Below, one piece after another: positions 30,690-40,130 of a stretch of 64,000 nt of DNA. The stretch lies in NCBI GenBank assembly GCA_039808765.1, contig JBDHTQ010000004.1, positions 74,287 through 138,286 of the forward strand, in the 5' to 3' direction. A model generated the notes under the pieces. That model did not search any database. It saw only the letters and a program-made list of their open reading frames with translations, and was not told where the DNA came from. The translations under genes were made by a program, and so were the position numbers. Every line of letters starts with the position of its first letter. Position 1 is the stretch's first letter. The stretch is from Bdellovibrionales bacterium (lineage in GTDB: Bacteria > Pseudomonadota > Alphaproteobacteria > UBA2400).

Positions 30690-31274
30690 TTAAGCGGCTT
30701 TTGAAACCTTTTCAATCGAATCATTGATTCGTTGATTAAAGGGCTCCATCACCTCATTGGCGACCTTTACGGCCATGTCGGAAATCTTTGACGTGCCGGA
30801 AATCAGATGATCCATCGAGTTGCGTGCGTATTCACTTTGAACATCGACCAAGTCTTGCAATGTGCGAATGTTCAGAGCGGCCTGGCTGGCTTGAACGCTG
30901 AGCTCCATTGATGACTGAGTAAAGCTGTAAATCGCTTTGCCAAGTTCTTCTGTTGCTTTCGCTAAAACCTGGGTTGAGCGAAGAGCGGCATCCATATTCT
31001 CTTTATTGAATTGAGATGCTTGAGCAAAGTTTTGCGGCGATGTCAGCTGTGCAACTTTATCTTGGATGCTGTTTACAGAGATGTTGCTCGCGTTTTGCGG
31101 GAAGTTTTGGTACATTTTCTTGTAAGTCTCTTCAATAGCCGAGGTGTTCCACAGCGGATTGCGGGACGTGCTTTGGTTGCTTGATGAGCGTTTTGCTTTG
31201 CTCTTGATTGACTTGGTGGCGCTCGTCTTCGTCGCGGTCGAGCGTTTGGTGTTTTTGGAGATTGTTTTAGCCAT
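30690..31274 (-). CDS. Phasin-family (PHA granule-associated) protein with a Lys-rich N-terminal tail
   Basis: A phasin_2-like amphipathic helical region (LQDLVDVQSEYARNSMDHLISGTSKISDMAVKVANEVMEPFNQRIN) follows a K/S/T-rich basic N-terminus. Confidence 0.55.
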   Translation of the reverse strand: MAKTISKNTKRSTATKTSATKSIKSKAKRSSSNQSTSRNPLWNTSAIEETYKKMYQNFPQNASNISVNSIQDKVAQLTSPQNFAQASQFNKENMDAALRSTQVLAKATEELGKAIYSFTQSSMELSVQASQAALNIRTLQDLVDVQSEYARNSMDHLISGTSKISDMAVKVANEVMEPFNQRINDSIEKVSKAA

Positions 31275-31428
31275 TTACGAGATCCTTTCTGATCCATTTG
31301 TGCACTGCAATAAACTGAAAATAAGCCGATTCAGCTCTTGATGCAAGGGTTATTGTGCGCTGCACAATAAAATAAACCATCTAACCCTGAGGATAGTGCA
31401 AAAAAAATAGAAGTCTAGCAGAATTTAT

Positions 31429-31857
31429 TTAGGAAGAAGTTGATGATTCGTGCAGAATTCGCTGTAATTGTGAGATCGCCTCTCGTTGTTGCGCTGCAGT
31501 GTATGTGTTATGATGAGGGGTCCCCCATATCGGGTGAGGCCATTGGGCGTCATTGATTTGACGTGCCACAATGTGCACGTGGAGTTGAGCAACAATGTTG
31601 CCCAGCGCTGCAACATTGATTTTATCACAGGGTACATATGACGCAAGTTTTTGGGAACAATGGCAAATTTCGTTCATAAGCCTATGAGCGTCTGCCGCAC
31701 TTAAATCTGAGATTTCGCTTACGTTGGCGCGCTGCGGGATAAGAATGATCCATGGCCACGTGGCGTTAAGCGATAAACGTATTTGGCAAAGCGATAAGCT
31801 GGTGATTAAAACGGATGATTCTTCTAAGCGAGGATCAAGTGAAAAGTCTTTTTCCAT
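31429..31857 (-). CDS. HIT-family (histidine triad) hydrolase
   Basis: A histidine-triad motif (QLHVHIVAR, H-x-H-x-H) is present. Length 142 aa. Confidence 0.65.
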   Translation of the reverse strand: MEKDFSLDPRLEESSVLITSLSLCQIRLSLNATWPWIILIPQRANVSEISDLSAADAHRLMNEICHCSQKLASYVPCDKINVAALGNIVAQLHVHIVARQINDAQWPHPIWGTPHHNTYTAAQQREAISQLQRILHESSTSS

Positions 31858-31926
31858 TTTAGAACCCTCACATTGCAGACAAAAAAGGCGCCCCGAAGGA
31901 CGCCTTTTGCTGTATTAAGCATTGCT

Positions 31927-32589
31927 CTATAGAATTTTACATCCAAGAATACTGATGCTTAAGCCAAACTCAAGGCTGCTCACCAAGTTACCATTAAAAC
32001 GCATATTTCCTGAGCAGTCGACAGAGAAAGTGCCAAGCGGTCCGAAATTGGCAACCGCACGACCATTTCCGATGCCAAAGCTTACTTTACGCAAGGCGCT
32101 GGCCAGACCATCTGTCCACATTTCCGGACACATTAGTGAGCTTAAAACGGCAGGCAGTTTAAGGTCTACCCGAATAAGATCCATTAAGGAGTTAAAAGGT
32201 CCAGCCCCTGAAAGGGTAAAGGAAAGGCTGTTAAGAAGGGTTGTGATCACGCCGAAGGGGTCAAGAATGCTCAAAAAGAGACTAAGAATGTTGTTAATCG
32301 CCGAAGTAATTGCATTTTTGAGACGTGTAGCAAAAGAAACACGCCAAACGTTTGCGTTGGTTGTTGCGCAGTCGAACTGCTGCATAGAGCTAGGCGGACG
32401 ATGCAGTGCATAAATAATATCGTCGCTTTGCTCGATACCACGGTTAGCAGCATCGCTCATTTCTGTGAACAATTGCTCATCGCATCCGTCAGCGCCAATG
32501 GCTGGAGCTGTCTGCGCGTGAGAAATCTGAGGTGATAACAGTGTTAAGGCCAAAGCCAAAAAGACGCATGAAAAATAACGACCGAGCAT
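31927..32589 (-). CDS. Hypothetical secreted protein
   Basis: A clear Sec signal (MLGRYFSCVFLALALTLLSPQISHAQTAPA) is followed by a Cys-containing domain. The gene is divergent from the T4SS-like operon. Confidence 0.35.
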   Translation of the reverse strand: MLGRYFSCVFLALALTLLSPQISHAQTAPAIGADGCDEQLFTEMSDAANRGIEQSDDIIYALHRPPSSMQQFDCATTNANVWRVSFATRLKNAITSAINNILSLFLSILDPFGVITTLLNSLSFTLSGAGPFNSLMDLIRVDLKLPAVLSSLMCPEMWTDGLASALRKVSFGIGNGRAVANFGPLGTFSVDCSGNMRFNGNLVSSLEFGLSISILGCKIL

Positions 32590-32813
32590 GTGACTCCTCC
32601 TAGCTTAGTTAAGGTTTAACATAAACTTCGCCTTGCTGCTAGCTAAGAATGTTAAAAATTCTCCTATTGAAGTTTAACGGGTGGGCGATTAAATAAAAAT
32701 TAATTTATTAAAAGAGTGCATGAACCTTTAAATATTGGCTATTTTCTCTGAGAACGTGTAAAGGGTTGGGGTGGTGTTGCGTCTTTTTTGCATCAGAATC
32801 AAGGGGAGAGACA

Positions 32814-33899
32814 ATGTTTTCTTTTAAAATGTTCTCCGATTTTCCCCCCTGGATTTTATCGCTTTTGGCGCGTAAAAAGGGTGATACTGGTCATAAGTCT
32901 GGTCGTATTGCACGTCCGCCGCGCAAAATTTCAACGCACAGCCTTCGGCGGGTGGAGCAATATAGAAAACAGCCACCGAAGGGTGCTTTAGCCACGGTGC
33001 GCTCTGCTCGACGCCATGCTTACCAGATAAAAGAGGATCGCGGGCAACCAAAAAAAGTACCTGTTTCTCCCGATTCACCGCGCGTAATGGCGGGAGGTGT
33101 TTTGCCTCAACATGTGCGTTTACGTAACGACAAATTCGATGTCGAAATGCTGGGATTGATTGCGGATGCTCAACAAATTGAGAATAAGCTCGTTTGGGAT
33201 TCTGAAAAAATTACCTCTGAAATCAGTGAAGACCTGAAAGCCGAGGATGAAGGTGTTATTGGTCCCGCTGAAATGGCACAACGGATGGAGCGGGAGCATT
33301 CAGAGCAATATAAAAAATTCTCCATACGACATGAAAATTTTGAGCGGGCGTTAAAAGACGTTTCTCGTCCGGACCCTGCGCAAACGCTTTCTCCGCGAGT
33401 ATCCGACGAGAAGGGGTTACGTGAGCGTAAGTTCGGCTCAAAAATAAGTGAGAGGGTTTTTCCACCCGCGGAAGCTGGTGATCGTAATCACCCAAAAATG
33501 AAAGACAGTGCAACAGTAAGCCTTCAGCGTGTATGGCAATCGCGTGCACAGAAGAGCATGCTTACGCGTCTCGATAATCAAATGAAAAATATAAAGGATA
33601 AGTTAAATGTTCTGCGGGGTGATTTTGACAACGAACTCCATATTAAAAAAGAAAATTATCTTGCGCAGGCTGTGCAGGATGTCAACATGATTGCTGAGCA
33701 AACAGTGCCGAGCACACCATCAGAGGCACGCCCTCAGGTTGACATGGACGCAGATAAAGAAAGGAGGCGCCAAGAGGCCTATTTCAGGCGTCAGCGGCAA
33801 CTGCAAAAAATTAATGCTGCGCCTCAGCCGAAGCCTCCGAAATTTACTTCCCCGGACTCTGCGAAGCGTCGTAAAAAAGATGATGAGACGTCAATCTGA
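32814..33899 (+). CDS. Hypothetical highly charged (K/R/E/D-rich) protein, likely cytoplasmic
   Basis: About 360 aa, strongly polar and charged, with coiled-coil stretches. It is the first gene of the co-directional T4SS-like operon. Confidence 0.35.
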   Translation: MFSFKMFSDFPPWILSLLARKKGDTGHKSGRIARPPRKISTHSLRRVEQYRKQPPKGALATVRSARRHAYQIKEDRGQPKKVPVSPDSPRVMAGGVLPQHVRLRNDKFDVEMLGLIADAQQIENKLVWDSEKITSEISEDLKAEDEGVIGPAEMAQRMEREHSEQYKKFSIRHENFERALKDVSRPDPAQTLSPRVSDEKGLRERKFGSKISERVFPPAEAGDRNHPKMKDSATVSLQRVWQSRAQKSMLTRLDNQMKNIKDKLNVLRGDFDNELHIKKENYLAQAVQDVNMIAEQTVPSTPSEARPQVDMDADKERRRQEAYFRRQRQLQKINAAPQPKPPKFTSPDSAKRRKKDDETSI

Positions 33900-33904
33900 T
33901 TTTA

Positions 33905-34681
33905 TTGCATATGGGGCTGGAGGATCGCATGATTGATAGCGACACAGCGGGTTGGTTTGGTGCATTTTCCGGTGTTCTGATTGGCTTAACGCTCGGCAGT
34001 TTTGTCGGTATGGCCAGTTGGCGATGGCCGTTGGGTAAAAACTTTATTGTCCCCTCTTCGTGTCCTGCGTGTCTGCATCGTCTTACGCTGCGTGAGCTTA
34101 TTCCTGTTTTTAGCTGGGTAATTCAAAGAGGGCGTACACGATGTTGTGATCGCCCGCTTTCGTTGCGCTATCCCGCGGTCGAAGCATTGAACGGTATTTT
34201 GCTCGGTATCGTGGGTTGGAATGCGGGCTTGGGTACAGCGTTTATTTTGCTTGCGATGCTGTTTTGCGCTTTGTCAATTGGTGCATTGATTGATCTTGAA
34301 TGGAAAATTATTCCAGACGGAGTAAATTGCGCGGTGGCAATTTTGGGGGTTTGTTGGGTGGTTTTTCTGGCACCACAAGATTGGGGTTATCGCTTGATCA
34401 ATGTTCTTCAGTGTGGAAGCTTGGGTGTTTTTTTGGCGTATTTTTATTCTAAATGGCGAAAAAAGGATATGCTGGGGTGGGGAGATGTCAAGCTTATGGC
34501 AGCTTCTGGCTTTTGGTTTCCGCCGCAGTGGGTTGGTTTTTACTTGTTTTTTGCGGCGCTACAGGGCATCGGCCTGTCCCTTTACTGGCGACGACGCACG
34601 GGCGAGGCTGAATATCCCTTTGTTCCCCCGCTTGCTGTATCGCTTGCGGTATTAATGATCTGGCAAACATTTGTTGATTAA
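33905..34681 (+). CDS. Prepilin peptidase (A24 family, with an N-terminal zinc-ribbon domain)
   Basis: The N-terminal Cys tetrad is C-P-A-C...C-C (PSSCPACLHRL...RTRCCDRP). A polytopic membrane domain follows, carrying the conserved acidic residues (LIDLEWKIIPDG..., GWGDVKLMAA). Confidence 0.65.
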   Translation: MHMGLEDRMIDSDTAGWFGAFSGVLIGLTLGSFVGMASWRWPLGKNFIVPSSCPACLHRLTLRELIPVFSWVIQRGRTRCCDRPLSLRYPAVEALNGILLGIVGWNAGLGTAFILLAMLFCALSIGALIDLEWKIIPDGVNCAVAILGVCWVVFLAPQDWGYRLINVLQCGSLGVFLAYFYSKWRKKDMLGWGDVKLMAASGFWFPPQWVGFYLFFAALQGIGLSLYWRRRTGEAEYPFVPPLAVSLAVLMIWQTFVD

Positions 34682-34735
34682 GTGCAAGTGGTTACCCCTC
34701 TCGACGAAGAGGGAAATATACGGTAAATCTAACTT

Positions 34736-35464
34736 ATGAGTTCAAAAAGCGTGTCACCTCCCGTTAGTTTGGTCAAAAAATCAGACCATTTGGTCCTCCC
34801 TCCGAAAGCGGAAGAGCGCCATTCCACAGTAGATGGACTGGCGCTTGTCATGGCGCGCAATAATTTTTATGTTTTTCACTATCACAAAATTTTGTACATC
34901 GTTTTGGCTCAATTGGCTGGAATTATCATTTTGGTAATGATTTTGTTTCGGTTATTTGAATTTACCGATTCGCGGGATTATTTTTTTCCTGTTCAGCAAG
35001 ACAGCACATTGATCATCGAACGGCCTCTTTATGAGTCCGTTTATAGTGACGACGAAATGCGTCGGTGGGTGGAAGAGGCGACCACCACCACACTCACCTT
35101 TGGTTATTACGATTATCAGATGCGCTGGCAAGATTCGCGCGGTTATTTTACGCCCCAGGGATGGGCCAGCTACAATCGTGCGATGGAAAATGTTTTAAAC
35201 TACATTGGTGTTGGCATAGAAAACTCTGCCAAGAAAGTCATTCTGACCCGTGTTCATCCAGGCAAAGGGGCAGAAATCAAACGGCAGGGAATTTCTAATG
35301 GGGTTTATACGTGGGATTTTACGATCAGTTTGGATGTGACATATTTTGGTACAAGTGAACAAAGTCGGGAGACGTGGAACGTCGACCTTAGAATTGTGCG
35401 CATGCCTTCTAATATCAGTCGCTATGGTCGAGGGATCAAGTGGTTAGTTGCGTTGAAGGAATGA
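34736..35464 (+). CDS. Bitopic VirB8/DotI(IcmL)-like T4SS inner-membrane component, paralogue 1
   Basis: Short cytoplasmic N-terminus, one TM segment (IVLAQLAGIIILVMILF), then a periplasmic domain of about 170 aa. The family-level pattern (FGYYDY...R..FTPQGW...) is shared with the three downstream paralogues. Confidence 0.4.
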   Translation: MSSKSVSPPVSLVKKSDHLVLPPKAEERHSTVDGLALVMARNNFYVFHYHKILYIVLAQLAGIIILVMILFRLFEFTDSRDYFFPVQQDSTLIIERPLYESVYSDDEMRRWVEEATTTTLTFGYYDYQMRWQDSRGYFTPQGWASYNRAMENVLNYIGVGIENSAKKVILTRVHPGKGAEIKRQGISNGVYTWDFTISLDVTYFGTSEQSRETWNVDLRIVRMPSNISRYGRGIKWLVALKE

Positions 35465-35467
35465 TCT

Positions 35468-36205
35468 ATGGCGTTTAAGCTTTTCTCCTCTTCCTCTTCT
35501 TCTGCCGTGCGTAAAGACAGCGAGGTTTTTGCCAAGCCTTCCGATATGCTGATGTCTGTGCAGAGTCAGCAGGATTTTTATTCCATCAGCTATCGTTTTC
35601 TGGTTAAGACCTCACTCTTCTTGGGAACAATCGTTATTGTTTTGATTGTACTCTGTTGTGGAATTGTTATTTTTTCGGCGCCGCATGATCGTTTTTTTAC
35701 CGCATCAGTAGATGGGCGGGTTGAGCGCGTGGTGCCCCTCAATATCGCAACCGCACCGACGGCTGAGATGGCGCAAAAAGTGCGAGATCACATTTCACGT
35801 GCGCTTAATTTTGGTTATCTTGACTATGAGCAACGTCGCGCCGAAAATTTATCGCCCTTTACAGCTTCTGCGTTCGAGAAGCTACAGGATCAGACATTGT
35901 TGCCGTTTGGTTTGCGCGACATGCTCAAAAAGATGCTCGTTTTTAAGACGTCACCGTTAAAATCTCCGGGTGTGTCATTGGTTGCCAATAATGTAGATCA
36001 AAACTTTACCATGCAATGGATTTTCGACGTTCCCGTTAAAATTGAGGTGAGTTCGGATGATCCAAGCGTGAAAGATGCTAATCGACAAGATATCGTCGTG
36101 ATTCGTGTTCTTGTGAAGCGTTCGGCTGATATTGACACGCCTGGCGGGTACATCATCTGGGACATTCAGGGGATAAAAATTATTAATCATGGAGGGGCAT
36201 CATGA
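35468..36205 (+). CDS. VirB8/DotI(IcmL)-like bitopic protein, paralogue 2
   Basis: Same architecture (TM segment LFLGTIVIVLIVLCCGIVIF) and a shared motif (LNFGYLDYEQRRAENLSPFTASAF). Confidence 0.4.
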   Translation: MAFKLFSSSSSSAVRKDSEVFAKPSDMLMSVQSQQDFYSISYRFLVKTSLFLGTIVIVLIVLCCGIVIFSAPHDRFFTASVDGRVERVVPLNIATAPTAEMAQKVRDHISRALNFGYLDYEQRRAENLSPFTASAFEKLQDQTLLPFGLRDMLKKMLVFKTSPLKSPGVSLVANNVDQNFTMQWIFDVPVKIEVSSDDPSVKDANRQDIVVIRVLVKRSADIDTPGGYIIWDIQGIKIINHGGAS

Positions 36206-36978
36206 CTGATTTGAGCTCTTCTGCCAAAAAGCCTGCGGATGTCCAAAAGAAAGCATCAGCAAATGCTACGGTAGCGAAAAAGAATTCGGCCCGTACAGCC
36301 GCCGGCAAAAAAGGGACTCAAAAGCCCGCGTCGAAAAGTGGGCTGAAAAAGTTTGTGTTGCGTTTGAAGGAAGCGCTTTACAGCCAAACACTGCAACCTG
36401 CTGATGTCTCGATGCGGCAGACTTTTTTGGCAACCATCGGGGTTGTGATTTTGATTGCGGGTATTTTTGCTTTTGTTTTTGGCAATAAGCGCGCTGATTT
36501 GCTTTTTGCCAGCCATAGCGGAAAGCTAACGCCCATTCAGTATGTTGACACACCAAGTATTAGTAATGAGGCTGTGATCAACTGGGCCATGGCCGCATTT
36601 ATGGATATCAAAAACTTTAATTTTAACAACATTGATGAACGATTTAATAGCGCATATCGTTATTTTACGCCTGAGGGATGGGACTCTTTCGTGGCCGCAC
36701 TCTACAAGAGTGGTATCATTGACGCCATCAAAACCAATAAACAGTACGTGAGCGCTGTTCCAGGAGGGGCACCAATTATGCAGTCCGAAACAGATGATCC
36801 GGGACATTATTCATGGGTTGTACAAATTCCGTATCAAATGACCACGGTTTGGCGTGATAGTAATGGTACCAATCGGGAAAAAACAGATAGTAAAGTCGCG
36901 ACGATTACGGTGGAGAGTATTCCCACAAACACCTCACTGGCGGGTTACCCCTTCGGGATATCAAGGATAAACGAATAA
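36202..36978 (+). CDS. VirB8/DotI(IcmL)-like bitopic protein, paralogue 3
   Basis: Same architecture (TM segment ATIGVVILIAGIFAFVF) and motif (YRYFTPEGWDSF). It overlaps the upstream gene by 4 nt. Confidence 0.4.
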   Translation: MTDLSSSAKKPADVQKKASANATVAKKNSARTAAGKKGTQKPASKSGLKKFVLRLKEALYSQTLQPADVSMRQTFLATIGVVILIAGIFAFVFGNKRADLLFASHSGKLTPIQYVDTPSISNEAVINWAMAAFMDIKNFNFNNIDERFNSAYRYFTPEGWDSFVAALYKSGIIDAIKTNKQYVSAVPGGAPIMQSETDDPGHYSWVVQIPYQMTTVWRDSNGTNREKTDSKVATITVESIPTNTSLAGYPFGISRINE

Positions 36979-37652
36979 TGACTTTTTCAGGAAAACCCGT
37001 GAGCTTGGTTAAAAAAACCGATATTCAGCGTAATCGGCAATCTTATTTCCGGCTAAACAATAATTTCTTGCGTGATCGTGCGCGTTTTATGGTGGTTCTA
37101 AAGTTTCAGCAATATTTGACTGTGATTCTGCTCTGCATTCTCTTTGGCCTGCTTTTTGGGGTTGTCAGTACCAATTATCGGGTTTTTGCGACAAGTAATA
37201 ATGGAACGCTCGTCCCTAACACGCCGATCGATCAGGAAGTACAGGAAAGCGTGTTGATGACATGGGTTGTAACAACGGTTCTGGAAGCTTCAACGATTGG
37301 ATTTTTCGATTATGAGCTAAGGTTTCAGCAGCTTCGAAGTGCATTTACCGATCAGGGATGGGAATCCTACAACCGCTTTTTACGAACAAGTTTTAATAAA
37401 AAAACCTCTATTCGTGCAGAATTGGAAAATGGCCATATTTTGCTGCAACCCAAAATTTCAACCCCGCCACAAATTTTGCGACGTGGGCTGGTGGGGGGGG
37501 TTATGACGTATCATCTTCAGCTTGAGATTGTTATTCGCGGCGTGTGGAGCGAAGATATGCGAATCCCCAAAATACTGGATTTGATTGTTGAAAGGGTGAC
37601 ACCGGAAATAAATTCAGATGGTTTGGCGATCTCACAGTGGAGAATCTCTTAA
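36978..37652 (+). CDS. VirB8/DotI(IcmL)-like bitopic protein, paralogue 4
   Basis: Same architecture (TM segment LTVILLCILFGLLFGVV) and motif (GFFDYELRFQQLRSAFTDQGWESY). Its start overlaps the upstream stop. Confidence 0.4.
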   Translation: MTFSGKPVSLVKKTDIQRNRQSYFRLNNNFLRDRARFMVVLKFQQYLTVILLCILFGLLFGVVSTNYRVFATSNNGTLVPNTPIDQEVQESVLMTWVVTTVLEASTIGFFDYELRFQQLRSAFTDQGWESYNRFLRTSFNKKTSIRAELENGHILLQPKISTPPQILRRGLVGGVMTYHLQLEIVIRGVWSEDMRIPKILDLIVERVTPEINSDGLAISQWRIS

Positions 37653-37778
37653 TTTCTTTGTAGATTGTTAAGAAGTCCTCGTCACAATCGGTTGGTCGAG
37701 CTTAAAGTGTCGCATAAAAGCAACGGCCTGACACTGAGTTTATCTTGAAGGTTTCCTGAGAAAAGTTTAAACCTTATA

Positions 37779-38786
37779 GTGTGTTGTGGAGTGCTTGAGA
37801 TGTTTCAGAAACGGTTTTTTCTCCTTTTGCTTATGGTTGTTGCGCTAGCGAGCAGCGTGGCTCAGCCTGTTTGGGCGTCTTCGAATATGGGGCGAGGGTC
37901 GTCGAGCCAAGGCGGAGATGTTGGTTTGGAAGGTTTTGTTGAGCCACCACAAATCAGTCAGGAAGAAATTCTTAGAAAAGCCAAACAGATGGCGTTTGAT
38001 AACGCTCTGGATGGAGCAATGCCCCTCTCGCCTGAGCAGATTGCGGCTATTATTCAAAAAATGTCAATCGTGCAGGAAGCTGCTGCGCCAGCCATAGCAA
38101 ATCCCGTGCGCCCTAAGCCAGTCCTAAAGGTTGAAACAATTTCGCTTGACCCTGGTACTCAGCCCCCTGTCATCAAGGTGGCTGCGGGCTATGTGACGTC
38201 GGTTATGATTCTTGATGCCACCGGGGCGCCGTGGGAGATTAAAGATATTGCGTATGTTGGCAAATTTAACGCGGCCATTCCCAACAGTGCGCCGCATACG
38301 TTTCGAATTTTGCCCCTTAATCGCTTTTATGAGGGCAACTTGACGCTGCAGTTGGTGGGGCTTGCAACACCTGTTACCTTCCGTCTTGAGGCCGGTGAAG
38401 ATGAGGTTTATTACCGTTATGATGTGCGGTTACCTGTTATTGGTCCCAACGCTAAGGCCCCGCAATTTAAGTCTGCAAACAGCATGGTGGCCGGCGATTC
38501 TGTTATGATGGCGGTTTTGAGCGGTTATCCTCCCGCTTCGTCAAAGCGGTTGCAGGTCTCTGGGCTTGATGATCGTTCGGCGGCTTGGGAGATTAATGGT
38601 CAAATTTTCTTGCGCACACCCCACACCTTGCTTTCGCCTGCGTGGTCTGGCAGCACGACATCGGGGGATGGTACCACAGTTTATGCAATTCCCGATACGC
38701 CTGTGCTGCTTCTGTCAGATCAGGGGGTTATGGTTCGTGCACGCTTAAGTCGCCCTAAAGGTATTGTTGAGGGAGAAGCTCAATGA
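37779..38786 (+). CDS. Secreted VirB9/DotH(IcmK)/TraN-like T4SS outer-membrane-complex protein
   Basis: Sec signal (LLLLMVVALASSVAQPVWA) followed by a beta-rich sequence (VIKVAAGYVTSVMILD..., LTLQLVGLATPVTFRLEAG). Its position between the VirB8-like and VirB10-like genes matches the conserved B8-B9-B10 / dotI-dotH-dotG order. Confidence 0.4.
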   Translation: MCCGVLEMFQKRFFLLLLMVVALASSVAQPVWASSNMGRGSSSQGGDVGLEGFVEPPQISQEEILRKAKQMAFDNALDGAMPLSPEQIAAIIQKMSIVQEAAAPAIANPVRPKPVLKVETISLDPGTQPPVIKVAAGYVTSVMILDATGAPWEIKDIAYVGKFNAAIPNSAPHTFRILPLNRFYEGNLTLQLVGLATPVTFRLEAGEDEVYYRYDVRLPVIGPNAKAPQFKSANSMVAGDSVMMAVLSGYPPASSKRLQVSGLDDRSAAWEINGQIFLRTPHTLLSPAWSGSTTSGDGTTVYAIPDTPVLLLSDQGVMVRARLSRPKGIVEGEAQ

Positions 38787-40120
38787 GTAATACATCCGAT
38801 TTTAATGAAACACCCGGTAATTCTCGTTACCGTCGCCCGAACAAGGCGAGCAGTCTTTCTCAGATGTGGCAAAATCCAATCGTCAAGCTTGTTATCGTTT
38901 TGATGGTTTTGGGTGGGGCTGCTCTGGCTGGAATGAAGTTCCTATCGGGGGGGCGTGATGAACAGGAAACAGTTTTGGCAACGCCTGGTTCTGGCGGTGG
39001 TGCTGCAAAAGTAGGTAACCAAATAACACCCGAGTATCAGTTGGCTGTTCAGCAAAGTGATATTCGTAACGCTGCAGAAGCGCGTGCAACGGGTGATACT
39101 GCTGTGCCAACACCTTTGCAGACTGCTGTATCATCACCAGAAGTTGACACTGACATGAATGCCGCTCAAGGGGAGGATCCCATTCGTCAGTTTGAAGCCA
39201 TTTTGCAGAAGGATGGACAGGGAAAGAAGAGTAATTTGCCTCCTCCACAAACAACGCAGCCGGCTGTTCAGGTTCCGCCTGAAGTTTTAAAGCAGCTTAC
39301 GGAAGCGATGGCTAATCAGATTGGTGCGATGATGAAGACGTGGACACCTCCCACAATGTCTCAGGTTACATCGAACATCAAGGAAGAGGACATTTTGATG
39401 CGCAATACGCCGAAGGAAATTTCGGTCGACAGTTTGAAGCCTCTGACCGAGTCTAAACCGGTTGTGACTGCGGGTAGTGTTTATTATGGGCAGATGATTA
39501 TTGAAGCCAATTCTGACATTCCGGGCCCGATTATGGCGCAAATTCTCACTGGACCTTTGGCCGGAGGGCGTGCAATCGGTCAGTTTCAAACGTTTCGCAA
39601 CCATCTTTTGATTCGCTTTGATACGGTTTCACTTGGCACAAATCAGATGAGCGTGGATATTATCGCCCTTGATCCCAATACTACTCTTGGTGGGATTGCG
39701 AGCGAGGTTGACCCGCGTTACTTCCAACGTGTTTTGCTGCCTGCTGCTGCTGCGTTTATTTCTGAATATGGTCAAGCGCTTTCAGAGCCGACCAGCACGG
39801 TAAGTGTTTCAGGGACGGATGGTACCAACATCTCTACTTCGACCAATGAGCGCGATGCAAAAGATGCGATGTATGCTGGTATTGGTGCTGCATCAGAGAA
39901 GATCGAGCAATTCGTGACAGAAGAAGCATCGTCAATTAAGCGCCTTGTTCGCGTTGGCGTGGGCACGCCAATCGGCATGTTTTTTGTGAAGCCTGTTTGC
40001 GGCTTTAGCGGGCAGTGTAATGCGGGGTCAGCGGTAACGCCTGCTTCTTCGCCTTCCCCTTCCCCCGTATCTGTGAGTGGTGTTGTTTCTCCGACATCGA
40101 CATCTTATATTCAACGTTGA
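38783..40120 (+). CDS. VirB10/TrbI/DotG-family T4SS protein
   Basis: N-terminal TM segment (IVKLVIVLMVLGGAALAGM), then a Pro/Gln-rich linker. The C-terminal domain aligns block-by-block to VirB10/TrbI: AGSVYYGQMIIEANSDIPGPIMAQI, GGRAIGQF, LIRFDTVSLGTNQMSVDIIALDPNTTLGGIASEVDPRYFQRVLLPAAAAFIS. Confidence 0.65.
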   Translation: MSNTSDFNETPGNSRYRRPNKASSLSQMWQNPIVKLVIVLMVLGGAALAGMKFLSGGRDEQETVLATPGSGGGAAKVGNQITPEYQLAVQQSDIRNAAEARATGDTAVPTPLQTAVSSPEVDTDMNAAQGEDPIRQFEAILQKDGQGKKSNLPPPQTTQPAVQVPPEVLKQLTEAMANQIGAMMKTWTPPTMSQVTSNIKEEDILMRNTPKEISVDSLKPLTESKPVVTAGSVYYGQMIIEANSDIPGPIMAQILTGPLAGGRAIGQFQTFRNHLLIRFDTVSLGTNQMSVDIIALDPNTTLGGIASEVDPRYFQRVLLPAAAAFISEYGQALSEPTSTVSVSGTDGTNISTSTNERDAKDAMYAGIGAASEKIEQFVTEEASSIKRLVRVGVGTPIGMFFVKPVCGFSGQCNAGSAVTPASSPSPSPVSVSGVVSPTSTSYIQR

Positions 40121-40130
40121 GGTTTTAGTG

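Noticed and set aside
31927-32589. Considered whether the secreted 220-aa protein divergent from the T4SS-like operon is a pilin/VirB2- or DotC-like component
   Set aside because: It is too long for VirB2-type pilins, has no lipobox for a DotC-like lipoprotein and no prepilin motif. Left as a hypothetical secreted protein.
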